Assembly (NCBI GenBank): GCA_034521815.1
Contig: JAXHLW010000013.1
Location: forward strand, 896,001 to 960,000
Source of the DNA: Trueperaceae bacterium
GTDB lineage: Bacteria > Deinococcota > Deinococci > Deinococcales > Trueperaceae
DNA length: 64,000 nucleotides
Reading direction: 5' to 3'
In this document: positions 46,084 to 55,001 of the stretch, in pieces
Layout: the number at the start of each line of letters is the position of its first letter
Position numbering within the stretch: position 1 is the stretch's first letter
Notes under the pieces: generated by a model
The model's input: the letters and a program-made list of their open reading frames with translations, nothing else
Database searches by the model: none
Told to the model about the DNA's origin: nothing
Made by a program: the position numbers and the translations under genes

Positions 46084-46331
46084 TGCCCGTTTACCGTTAC
46101 CGCGCGATCGAGGACGTCCCTCCCGCGCCGGCGCTCGACGCCCGCGACCCGGCCACCGCGCGCCGGGCGCTGGCTCACGCGGAGGCGATGACCGCAGGTC
46201 TGCCGCCGCTCTTCGCCGCCGGCGTCTACCGCTACGCCTCGATCGAGGCGGCCGCGGCCGACCGCGAGCGCGCGTCGCGCGCGCGGATGCGCCGCCTTCG
46301 GGCGGCTCGATCATCGGGCACGGCTCCGTAG
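46083..46331 (+). CDS. Small hypothetical protein coupled to the nucleotidyltransferase
   Basis: TGATG overlap; internal repeat MPVYRYRAIED / GVYRYASIEA. Confidence 0.65.
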   Translation: MPVYRYRAIEDVPPAPALDARDPATARRALAHAEAMTAGLPPLFAAGVYRYASIEAAAADRERASRARMRRLRAARSSGTAP

Positions 46332-46726
46332 CGACAGCACCACCATCGTCGCTGCGAGGGGGAGCATCAGCCAGTTCCCGATCGCGCCGGGCGCGGTTCC
46401 GCCACCTGGGAGACGGCTTCGCGAACTTTCAGGACGGCCCGCGGCGCTGACCATCAAGCACGAACTCAAGGTGCACCACCGGCTACGGGCTCGGTGACGA
46501 TGGTGACCGCCGCGATCACGGCGACGGGAGGGCGTTGGACGTCGGTCGAGGCGCGCGGCGATCAGCGACGGCTCGACATTCGACGAGCGTAGCGTGGCGG
46601 TGACGCGTGGGCGCTCGGGGCGGCGGCGTTCGGTTTCGGTTTGGCGCCGCGACGGTGGCGAGAAGAAGCGAGCGTCCGAGGTGACCTCTGACCCACGGTC
46701 GCGACCTCTGTTGGTATCCTGTTCGC

Positions 46727-47029
46727 ATGGAGTCCTACCGGTTCGAGCTGTACGTCGCGGGGGACGTCCCTAGCTCGCGTACGGCGGTTCGCGCATTGAC
46801 GGACCTGTGCGAGGAGCGCCTCCGTGGCCGCTACGAGCTGGACGTGATCGACGTTCTCGCCCACCCGGAACGGGCCGAGAGCGAGAGGATCCTGGCCACG
46901 CCGACGCTTCTGAAGCTCAGTCCGGCGCCGCGCGTCCGTATCGTCGGCGACCTCAGCCTGACGGCGAACGTCCTCGCGGGCCTCGGGCTCAACAGTGAAC
47001 AGGCGGGAGACGAGGAGCTCAGTCCATGA
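46727..47029 (+). CDS. kaiB: KaiB-family protein
   Basis: YRFELYVAG, IDVL..PERAE..RILATPTLLK, PRVRIVGDLS. Leaderless TATCCT-N6-ATG. Confidence 0.93.
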   Translation: MESYRFELYVAGDVPSSRTAVRALTDLCEERLRGRYELDVIDVLAHPERAESERILATPTLLKLSPAPRVRIVGDLSLTANVLAGLGLNSEQAGDEELSP

Positions 47030-48543
47030 GAGACACGGAGCTGAATTACGCGGCGAAGGTGCCCAGCGGCATTCCTGGGCTGGACCTCGTCTCCAAGGGG
47101 GGGTTGCCCGCCGGACGCGCCGTGGTCGTCGCCGGCACGTCCGGAAGCGGCAAGACCGTCTTCGGTTCTCAGTTCCTGTCGGCCGGGATCGCCGACTACG
47201 GCGAGCCGGCCGTGTTCGTCACCTGCGAGGAGTCACCGGACGACATCCGGGCCAACATCTCCAGCTTCGGGTGGGACATCGCTCGCTGGGAGAAGGAGGG
47301 GACCTGGCGCTTCGTGGACGCCTCCCGAAACTTGGCGGACGTGCCGGTCCGCGCCGGCGGGTACGACCTGACGGCGCTGCTCGCACGGATCGAGGACGCG
47401 GTCACGAGCATCGGGGCGAAACGTGTCGTCGTCGATTCCCTCGACGCGCTGTTCAGTCGGTTCGAGGGTGACGCCGCGTTCCGGCACGAGCTTCACCGCG
47501 TCATCGGACTGCTCAACTCGTTGGGCGTGACGACCGTGCTCACCGCCGAGCGGGACGCCGACTATGGGCCCAACTCCCGGCGCGGCGTCGAGGAGTTCGT
47601 CGCCGACAGCCTGATCCTGCTCCGCAACGTCCTGAGCTCCGAGCGCCGCCGCCGCACGATCGAGGTCGTGAAGTTCCGTGGCGCGACGCACGGCAAGGGC
47701 GAGTTCGGTTTTTCCGTCACGCTGAAGGGGATCTCCGTCATCCCGAGTCTGGACATCGAGCACGATCGCAAGATGTCGGACGAGCGTCTGTCGATCGGGA
47801 ACGCGGACATCGACGCCATGTGCGATGGCGGGATCTTCCGCGATTCGGTCGTGCTGGTATCGGGGGCTGCCGGCACCGGCAAGACGCTCCTGACCGCAGC
47901 GTTCGTGGCCGCGGCCGCGAGGCAGGGAGAACGCTGCCTGGTGTTCGCCTTCGAAGAGCGGCGCGAGCAGTGGTTCCGCAACGCGCGAGGCTGGGGCTAC
48001 GACTTCGCCAAGCTGGAACAAGAGGGCGTGTTGAGGATCGTGAGCGACTATCCCGAAGTCGCGACCCTCGAGGATCACCTGCTGGCGATCACGACGAGCA
48101 TCGAGACGTTCAAGCCGCACCGCATCGCCGTGGACAGCCTGTCGGCCCTCGAACGCGTGGCCACGCCGGACGCGTTCCGCAAGTTCGCGGTGAGCCTGAG
48201 CAACTACCTGAAGCACCACGGGATCACCAGCCTGCTGACCACGACGACGCCCAGCTTCCTCGGCGGTTCCTCGAGCAACGAGTCGCACCTGTCGACCGTG
48301 ACCGACCTCATCATCCTTCTGCGGCACACCGAGATCGGCGGCGAGCTCCGGCGTGGCCTGACGGTGCTCAAGATGCGCGGTTCACGCCACGACCACGACG
48401 TTCGCGAGTTCACGGTGGACCGGACCGGGCTGAACATGGGAGCGCCGTACCAGACGTCCTTCGGGATCCTGAAGGAGATCGAGGTCCTGCAACCGAGCAT
48501 GCTCGACGACCCGAGCGCGCAAGCGGATTCGGACGAACCTTGA
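47026..48543 (+). CDS. kaiC: Double-domain KaiC ATPase/autokinase
   Basis: Two Walker A motifs (GTSGSGKT, GAAGTGKT), EE pairs, GVEEFVAD, KFRG/KMRG, SHLSTVTD phosphosite loop. Confidence 0.95.
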   Translation: MRDTELNYAAKVPSGIPGLDLVSKGGLPAGRAVVVAGTSGSGKTVFGSQFLSAGIADYGEPAVFVTCEESPDDIRANISSFGWDIARWEKEGTWRFVDASRNLADVPVRAGGYDLTALLARIEDAVTSIGAKRVVVDSLDALFSRFEGDAAFRHELHRVIGLLNSLGVTTVLTAERDADYGPNSRRGVEEFVADSLILLRNVLSSERRRRTIEVVKFRGATHGKGEFGFSVTLKGISVIPSLDIEHDRKMSDERLSIGNADIDAMCDGGIFRDSVVLVSGAAGTGKTLLTAAFVAAAARQGERCLVFAFEERREQWFRNARGWGYDFAKLEQEGVLRIVSDYPEVATLEDHLLAITTSIETFKPHRIAVDSLSALERVATPDAFRKFAVSLSNYLKHHGITSLLTTTTPSFLGGSSSNESHLSTVTDLIILLRHTEIGGELRRGLTVLKMRGSRHDHDVREFTVDRTGLNMGAPYQTSFGILKEIEVLQPSMLDDPSAQADSDEP

Positions 48544-49391
48544 CGACGAGCCGGCGGACGGACGCCCCCGACCCCGCTCAGCTGCGTGTCATCTACGAGC
48601 GGATGACGGACGGCATCCTCGTCGTCGACGACGACGGCGTCATCCTGGAAGCCAACCCGGCGGCGCTCAGGATGCTCCCGGGAGGGCACGCAGGGCTGAA
48701 GGGCGCGAGTTTCGGCTTTCCGATCGCCGACCGGAACGCGGTGGTGATCGAGCTCCTTTCCGCTGGAGGCGCGGTACGCACCGCCGAGATGCGCGTCTCG
48801 GACCTCGAGTGGTGCGGGCAGCCCGCCCGGCTTCTGATCTTGCGTGACATCACCGAACAGACGGACCTGCTGCAGCGTCTGCATCGCGCGGCCAACTACG
48901 ACCCGGTCACCGGCTTGCCCAACCGGATGCTCTTCCTCGAGCACATCAACCAGGCGATTCGCGAGGCGCACCGCCACGGTCACCGCGTGGGGTTGCTCTT
49001 CGTCGACTTCGACGGCTTCAAGCGTGTCAACGACACATACGGCCACGCCGTCGGCGACCGACTCCTCCGCCAGATCGGTGACAGGCTGACGCAGGTGCTT
49101 CGCGCGGGGGACAGCGTCGCGCGCTTCGCCGGCGACGAGTTCCTGGTCACGCTGACGCAGGTGAAGGATGTGGAGGAGGCGAGCATCGTCGCCCGCAAGG
49201 TGTTGACCGCGTTCGACGATCCGTTCGAGCTGGACGATCGCGTCGTCGTCACCACGTCGGCCAGCATCGGTGTCGCGTTCTTCCCCGACGACGCGGCGGA
49301 CGCCTCCGAGCTGCTCAGGCGTTCCGACGCCGCCATGTACCGCGCCAAGGCGGAGGGCGGGCATCGCTTCTTCGTCCACGGCGCCGGCTAG
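48540..49391 (+). CDS. PAS-GGDEF diguanylate cyclase
   Basis: PAS (DGILVVDDDGVILEANPAA), DPVTGLPNR, FKRVNDTYGH, RAGD I-site, AGDEF, SIG, DAAMY. TTGA overlap with the kaiC stop. Confidence 0.9.
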   Translation: MTTSRRTDAPDPAQLRVIYERMTDGILVVDDDGVILEANPAALRMLPGGHAGLKGASFGFPIADRNAVVIELLSAGGAVRTAEMRVSDLEWCGQPARLLILRDITEQTDLLQRLHRAANYDPVTGLPNRMLFLEHINQAIREAHRHGHRVGLLFVDFDGFKRVNDTYGHAVGDRLLRQIGDRLTQVLRAGDSVARFAGDEFLVTLTQVKDVEEASIVARKVLTAFDDPFELDDRVVVTTSASIGVAFFPDDAADASELLRRSDAAMYRAKAEGGHRFFVHGAG

Positions 49392-49561
49392 CGGCCGAGC
49401 GTAACGCGGCGCACGGAATCGCGACACCAGGCTGCCGAACCGGGCGCACGGCGCACGACCGGATTTCCGGATATCGTGATGCCGTCCGATCGGTGCTCGA
49501 TCCGGCCCTTCGCCTTCGCCCCCGGCGAGACTCGTCACGACACCTCGCCTCGAGGAGATCC

Positions 49562-50287
49562 ATGCCCGCTTCCGCCGCCCGCGGCTATCTCGTTCACCTG
49601 TACACGATGTCGACCCTGTTCTTCGTCGTGCTGGCCATGCAATGGATCCTCGAGGGACGCTACGTCCTCGCGCTCCTGGGCATGGCGATCACCCTGATCA
49701 TCGACGCCACCGACGGAGCGCTGGCGCGCAAGTACCGCACCGTCACGACCGCGCCTCGCATCGATGGGGCGTTGCTGGACAACGTCGTCGACTTCGTATC
49801 GTACGTGTTCCTGCCGGTGTTGTTCATGATGCACGCCGAGCTGCTCGCCGAGCCGGTGACCCTGTTCGTCACCATCGTCGTGTTCAGCTCGGCGTACGGC
49901 TTCTCGCGCACCAGCGCCAAGCTCAGCGACGAAGGCTTCTTCGTCGGTTTCCCGTCGTACTGGAACGTGTTCGCGTTCTACGCGTTCCTGCTGGGCTTGC
50001 CGGTCTGGCTGAACACGGTCCTGATCGTCGGCCTGTCGCTGCTGGTGTTCGCCGACATCAAGTTCCTGTACGTGAGTCACATGAAGCGCGCTAGAACGTT
50101 GCACGTCGTTCTGGGGAGCATCTGGGGAGCAGCGGTCCTGGTGGCGCTGTTCCTGGAGCCTGGGACTGCGCGCAGCGCGCTGGTGTACGCGTCCCTGTCG
50201 TACGTGGCGTTCTACACGATCCACTCGTTCATGCTGGACCGTAGGAAGCACCGCAGGCCGTCCCCACCGCTGGACCTCTCGGCGTGA
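49562..50287 (+). CDS. pcs: Phosphatidylcholine synthase-like CDP-alcohol phosphatidyltransferase
   Basis: VHLYT, DATDGALAR, DGALLDNVVDF, FFVGFPSYWN. Confidence 0.8.
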   Translation: MPASAARGYLVHLYTMSTLFFVVLAMQWILEGRYVLALLGMAITLIIDATDGALARKYRTVTTAPRIDGALLDNVVDFVSYVFLPVLFMMHAELLAEPVTLFVTIVVFSSAYGFSRTSAKLSDEGFFVGFPSYWNVFAFYAFLLGLPVWLNTVLIVGLSLLVFADIKFLYVSHMKRARTLHVVLGSIWGAAVLVALFLEPGTARSALVYASLSYVAFYTIHSFMLDRRKHRRPSPPLDLSA

Positions 50288-50970
50288 CACGGTCCGCGTG
50301 GACGTTCCGACGGACGTTCCGCGCGGTGGTGCTCACGGCGTGGGCCTTCGTCCTGGTGGCGTTCTGGTGGGGGGCGCAGCGGTCGGACGCCGGTCCGGTC
50401 CCGTTCCTCCTCGGATCGATCGAACAGGCGGCCACCAGCCCGTGGGCACCTCTGGCCCTGCTGGGGCTCTACCTGGCCAGGCCGCTGCTGTTGATCCCGA
50501 TCACGGTGGCCAACCTCGCGACGGGCTTCGTGCTGGGCGCCTGGCCCGGCATCGCGCTCGCGCTGGTGGGCACGCTCCTGTCGGCCGGCACGGGGTACGC
50601 GATCGGCCGGTTCATGGGCTCCGCGGCGTTGACGGTGCGCCTCTCGGAGCGCTGGTCGATCGTGCGGATGCTACGCCGGCGCGCCTTCGAGAGCGTCGTC
50701 GCCGGCGGTCTGATGTACCTGCACGCCGACATGGTGAACCTGCCCGCGGGGCTGCTTCGGGTCCGCGTACCCGTGTTTCTCTCCGGGATCGTGCTGGGCA
50801 ACGCCTTGACGATGACGACGGCCGTCCTGGCCGGCGCGTCGGTGGAGGGTGGGCTGGAGGCCGCCACGATCTCGGTCGACACGACGTACCTGACCCTCGC
50901 CGCAGGCCTGTTCGCCCTGAGCCTGGTGTTGGCGTACACGCTGCGGCGGCGGGTCCGACCCCTGGCGTGA
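50284..50970 (+). CDS. DedA/VTT (TVP38/TMEM64) membrane protein
   Basis: YLARPLLLIP, G..G..G, YAIGR, DMVNLPAG. GTGA overlap with pcs. Confidence 0.8.
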   Translation: MTRSAWTFRRTFRAVVLTAWAFVLVAFWWGAQRSDAGPVPFLLGSIEQAATSPWAPLALLGLYLARPLLLIPITVANLATGFVLGAWPGIALALVGTLLSAGTGYAIGRFMGSAALTVRLSERWSIVRMLRRRAFESVVAGGLMYLHADMVNLPAGLLRVRVPVFLSGIVLGNALTMTTAVLAGASVEGGLEAATISVDTTYLTLAAGLFALSLVLAYTLRRRVRPLA

Positions 50971-51054
50971 CGCGGTCGACGCCGGCCGCGTGCGCGGCCC
51001 TGGCGAAGCGAGGCCGGGAACCCAGGCGGCGTCTTCCGTGTGCGATGATGGCGT

Positions 51055-51097
51055 GTATACCCTAAGGGGATATGCGACCCTGACCCGGGGGTATCCT
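51055..51097 (+). promoter_or_regulatory. CsoR/RcnR-type C-tract/G-tract operator and -10 box
   Basis: GTATACCCTAAGGGGATAT, a second site ACCCGGGGGTAT, and TATCCT at 51092-51097. Confidence 0.6.
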
Positions 51098-51131
51098 TCC
51101 GACGTGACACCCGAACCTGAAGGAGGTTCCC

Positions 51132-51530
51132 ATGCGCAGCCTCAAGCGAACCGTACCGACCGACCTACCCACGACCCGCGAGCGGTTCTCCGCCGCGCTG
51201 GCCGAACAAGGCTTCGGCGTGCTGTCCGACATCGACGTGCAGGCGATCTTCGAGACGAAGCTGGGTGCGAAGCACGAGCCGCACCGCATTCTGGGCGTGT
51301 GCAACCCGCAGTTCGCCAAGCAGGCGCTGGACATGGATCGCGACATCGCCCTGCTTCTTCCCTGCACGGCGACGCTCCGCGAGATCGACGGCGAGACCGA
51401 GGTGGCGATCCTCGATCCCGAACACGCCTTCACCCTGGCGGACGAGGCGACGAGGGAGCGCCTCGCGCCGCTCGCCAGCGAGGTGCGCGAGCGTTTGTCC
51501 GCGGCCCTGCAGGCCTTGGCCAGCTCGTAA
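51132..51530 (+). CDS. DUF302-domain protein
   Basis: GFGVLSDIDV, ILGVCNP, LLLPC. SD AGGAGG. Confidence 0.9.
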   Translation: MRSLKRTVPTDLPTTRERFSAALAEQGFGVLSDIDVQAIFETKLGAKHEPHRILGVCNPQFAKQALDMDRDIALLLPCTATLREIDGETEVAILDPEHAFTLADEATRERLAPLASEVRERLSAALQALASS

Positions 51531-51644
51531 CGCGGACAGGTAGGACGCGCTACGGTCACCGGCACCGCGCCCGGTCGCTCGTCGGGAGGAGCGGCGTCGC
51601 CCATGGCGCCCTCCAGAGGGCGCTTTCGCGATAGGTTGCAGGAC

Positions 51645-53231
51645 GTGACGCACCTCTCCCCCGACGTCGCGCGCAGGCGAACCTTCGCGATCATCTCGCA
51701 CCCTGACGCCGGCAAGACCACGCTGACCGAGAAGCTGCTGCTGTACGCAGGCGCGGTGCGCGAGGCCGGCGCGGTGACCGGCAAGGAGGGCACGCGCCAC
51801 GCGACCAGCGACTGGATGACCTTGGAGCAGGAACGCGGCATCTCGGTGACGTCCGCCGCGATGCGCATCGACTACCAGGGGCACGTGCTGAACCTGCTGG
51901 ACACGCCGGGCCACCAGGACTTCAGCGAGGACACCTACCGGACGTTGACGGCCGCGGATTCGGCCGTCATGCTCCTCGACGCGGCGCGCGGCGTGCAGGA
52001 ACAGACCGAGAAGCTGTTCGCGGTCGCGAGGCGGCGCGGACTGCCGGTGTTCACGTTCGTGAACAAGCTCGATCGCCCCGCCCGCGATCCGATCGAGCTG
52101 CTCGACGAGATCGAGACGACGCTCGGGCTTCCCTCCTCGCCGGTGACCTGGCCGATCGGTGACGGTCCCGACTTCAAGGGCGTGTACGAGCGCCCGACGC
52201 GTCAGGTGCACCTGTTCGAGCGCACGGCGCGAAACGCTCGGCCCGCGCCGGTCGCCACCTCGGGCGTGGACGATCCCGCCCTGGCCGACCTCGTCGGCGA
52301 GCGCCTGCACGCCACGCTTCAGGAGCAGGTCGCCTTCGTCGAGGAGCTGCTGCCGCCGCTGGATCCGGCCCGTGTCCTTGCCGGCGAGATCACGCCGGTG
52401 TTCTTCGGCAGCGTGCTGACGAACTTCGGCGTCGAGCCGTTCCTGCGCCGCTTCCTGGAGCTGGCCCCAGCGCCCTCCGGCCTGAACGTCCGGGGCGGCC
52501 GCCTGGAACCGGACGACGAGGACTTCGCCGCGTTCGTGTTCAAGCTGCAAGCCAACATGGACGCCCGCCACCGCGACCGGACCGCCTACGTCCGGGTGGT
52601 GTCAGGCAGGTTCGAGCGCGGCATGCACGTCCATCACGCTCGTAGCGGCAAGCAGATCAAGCTGGCTCGGGCGCACGCCTTCTTCGGGCGCGAGCGCGTC
52701 ACCGTCGAGGAGGCGCTGCCGGGCGACGTTCTGGGACTCATCGTTCCCGGCGCGTTCCGGATCGGCGACGTTCTCTCGACCCGGCCCGGCGTGGAGCTCG
52801 AGGCCTTCCCCCGCTTCGCACCGGAGTCGTTCGCGACGGTCCGACCCCGTCATGCCGACAAGCGCAAGGGGTTCCGCAAGGGCCTCGAACAGCTGGCCGA
52901 CGAAGGCGTGGTGCAGGTGTTCCTGCCGGCCCAGGGCGCCCGGGATCCGATCCTGGGGGCGATCGGTCCGCTTCAGTTCGACGTGTTCCAGTACCGCATG
53001 CGCGAGGAGTACGGCGTCGAGACCGAGCTGACGCAAGAGTCGCACGGGCTGGTGCGGTGGCTGTCGGAAGAGCCGGTGCCCGCGCCGCGTTCCGCGAAGC
53101 TGGCGCGCGACGCCGATGGGGCGCCGGTGGCCCTGTTCCGCGGAGCGTACGACGAGCGCTGGTTCCGCGAGGAGCACCCCGCGATCGAGGTGTTCGAGCT
53201 GCCCGGCAGTCACGAGGTCGTTCGACTCTAA
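51645..53231 (+). CDS. prfC: Peptide chain release factor 3
   Basis: [40 protein letters not shown]7-GTG. Confidence 0.96.
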   Translation: MTHLSPDVARRRTFAIISHPDAGKTTLTEKLLLYAGAVREAGAVTGKEGTRHATSDWMTLEQERGISVTSAAMRIDYQGHVLNLLDTPGHQDFSEDTYRTLTAADSAVMLLDAARGVQEQTEKLFAVARRRGLPVFTFVNKLDRPARDPIELLDEIETTLGLPSSPVTWPIGDGPDFKGVYERPTRQVHLFERTARNARPAPVATSGVDDPALADLVGERLHATLQEQVAFVEELLPPLDPARVLAGEITPVFFGSVLTNFGVEPFLRRFLELAPAPSGLNVRGGRLEPDDEDFAAFVFKLQANMDARHRDRTAYVRVVSGRFERGMHVHHARSGKQIKLARAHAFFGRERVTVEEALPGDVLGLIVPGAFRIGDVLSTRPGVELEAFPRFAPESFATVRPRHADKRKGFRKGLEQLADEGVVQVFLPAQGARDPILGAIGPLQFDVFQYRMREEYGVETELTQESHGLVRWLSEEPVPAPRSAKLARDADGAPVALFRGAYDERWFREEHPAIEVFELPGSHEVVRL

Positions 53232-53270
53232 GCCAGCCGCTCATCCCGGCGTCCGGAGGTCGCCACGACC

Positions 53271-53735
53271 ATGCCTCAGCCGCGCCGCGCCACCGGGCCG
53301 CGCCTCGTGATCAGCGATCTCGACGGCACCTTGGCCGACATCGAGCACCGCTTGCACTGGATCCATCGCGACGATCCCGACTGGACGCGCTTCTTCCTCG
53401 CCTGCGTCGACGACACCCCGATCGAGAACACGATCACGGTGCTTCGCACGCTGCACGCGGCCGGGTACGAGGTGGTGATCGCCAGCGGCCGGGGGGACGT
53501 CGCGCGCCAGGAGACGGCCGATTGGCTGGCGCGGCACGACGTGCCGTACGATCGCCTGATCCTGCGCCGCATCGACGACGGTCGGCACGACGACGAGGTC
53601 AAGACCGAGATGGTGCGCGAGCACGGCCTCGATCCCCAGGACACCCTGGTGGTGCTCGAAGACCGCGCCAGCGTGGTGGCGGTATGGCGCCGCCTCGGCT
53701 TCCACGTGTTCCAGGTGGCGGACGGGAACTTCTAA
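53271..53735 (+). CDS. HAD-family phosphatase resembling the 3'-phosphatase domain of phage polynucleotide kinase
   Basis: DLDGTLAD, SGR, T..WL, D...K, EDR..VV..WRRLG..VFQVA.GNF. Confidence 0.75.
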   Translation: MPQPRRATGPRLVISDLDGTLADIEHRLHWIHRDDPDWTRFFLACVDDTPIENTITVLRTLHAAGYEVVIASGRGDVARQETADWLARHDVPYDRLILRRIDDGRHDDEVKTEMVREHGLDPQDTLVVLEDRASVVAVWRRLGFHVFQVADGNF

Positions 53736-53798
53736 GCCGGCGCTCGACCGTCGCGCATCGGCCCGGGCAACCGCCCGCGCATCCATCCGTGCATCCGC

Positions 53799-54317
53799 CT
53801 ACGCCGGCGCCGTCGCGCGGTCGGGTCCGACCGCGTCGTCCCAGCGCATGCGCGCCACGACCTCGTCGCCTTCGGTCTCCCCCGTCTCGACGAACCCCAG
53901 GGCGGCGTACGTTCGACGAGCGGCGACGTTCGCCGGCTGGTACGACAGGGCGAACGCACGATGTCCGTGCTCGCCGTGAAGCCGCTCGATCGCGCGCAGC
54001 GTCGCGAGGCGTCCGATGCCGCGCCGCTGGTGACGTCGATCGACCAGGATCCCGCCCAGCCAGCACGCGCCGTCCTCCGGATCCACGGCCCACATCAGGA
54101 AGCCGACGATGCGTCCGTCCGCGCGCACGGCCAGCGGCGACCAGTCGTCGCCGTAGCAGCACAGCGCCAGGTAGCGAGACGGCTCGGCCACGAACGCGCG
54201 TTGCGGCGCGTCCACCTCGAGATCGGCGACGTCGCGCCAGGTCGACCGGTCGACCGGCTCCACCGTCACGTCGGGCACGTAGGAAGATCGGTCGGGCGAC
54301 GAGCTCGAAGCGGGCAT
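53799..54317 (-). CDS. GNAT acetyltransferase (diamine acetyltransferase-like)
   Basis: VDRRHQRRGIG, N..A...Y..LGF. TAGCAT-N7-ATG. Confidence 0.88.
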   Translation of the reverse strand: MPASSSSPDRSSYVPDVTVEPVDRSTWRDVADLEVDAPQRAFVAEPSRYLALCCYGDDWSPLAVRADGRIVGFLMWAVDPEDGACWLGGILVDRRHQRRGIGRLATLRAIERLHGEHGHRAFALSYQPANVAARRTYAALGFVETGETEGDEVVARMRWDDAVGPDRATAPA

Positions 54318-54469
54318 GCCGACCATGCTACCGCCGAGCGCTCGCCGTGGCTTGCGTGGCGTCGGCGGTTGCCCTACGCTTGCGGTAGGAACGGTCGCCG
54401 TCGGATAGCGCCCAGCGGCGTGGCTGACGACGTCGGTTCGCCCTGCGGACTGCCGACGAGGAGGGCATC

Positions 54470-54688
54470 ATGTGTTGGCTGCTGCTTGCGATCGGCGTCG
54501 CGATGCTGATCATCGGCTCCGTGTTGGTCGTGCGCTTCTTCTCCGCACGTGGCGCGAACGCTCCGGAGACGGCAGGCTCCGGCCGGACCGAGACGATGAT
54601 CCTCGGCGCCATGCTGGCGAGCGTCGGGCTCCTGCTGGGGATCTTGGGGACGACCGGCGCGTTGTGCGCACGTTTCGGGATCGGTTAG
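54470..54688 (+). CDS. Small 2-TM membrane protein
   Basis: SD GGAGG, two hydrophobic helices, terminal cysteines. Confidence 0.55.
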   Translation: MCWLLLAIGVAMLIIGSVLVVRFFSARGANAPETAGSGRTETMILGAMLASVGLLLGILGTTGALCARFGIG

Positions 54689-54784
54689 GGGCCCGTTGCA
54701 CGTACCGGCCTCGGCCGAGCGCGCGGCGACACGACCGTCGCCCAGATCGCCTGAAAGCCGCCGCGAGGTCGCTAGGATGGAGTA

Positions 54785-54853
54785 GACGACAGCGGGTCCG
54801 CGCCCGCCGCGGACGACCCGCTTCTCCAAGCCCTCGCATCCTCGAGGGCTTTT
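54785..54853 (+). ncRNA. Candidate small RNA or attenuator
   Basis: TAGGAT -10 box at 54773-54778, a GC hairpin, then an intrinsic terminator AAGCCCTCG-catcct-CGAGGGCTTTT. Confidence 0.35.
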
Positions 54854-55001
54854 CGCGTGTTCGGCGGTCGTTGTTCGGCGGTCGTGTTGGGCGGTCGTGC
54901 TGGGAGGTCGTGATCGACTCGCACGGACATGGCCGCGCGCGACGCCGCGCCGTGGCCCCGCTGCCGACCGCTGGTACGGTCGGCCCCGAGGGAGGCTGAA
55001 C

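Noticed and set aside
46340-46700. Hidden kaiA or another gene upstream of kaiB (short frame LTIKHELKVHHRLRAR)
   Set aside because: Too short, no KaiA-like motif, and kaiB has its own promoter. At most an unidentifiable remnant.
54785-54825. Guanidine-II (mini-ykkC) riboswitch suggested by two GACGAC motifs
   Set aside because: Two clean ACGR-tetraloop hairpins cannot be formed, and there is no sugE-like gene downstream.
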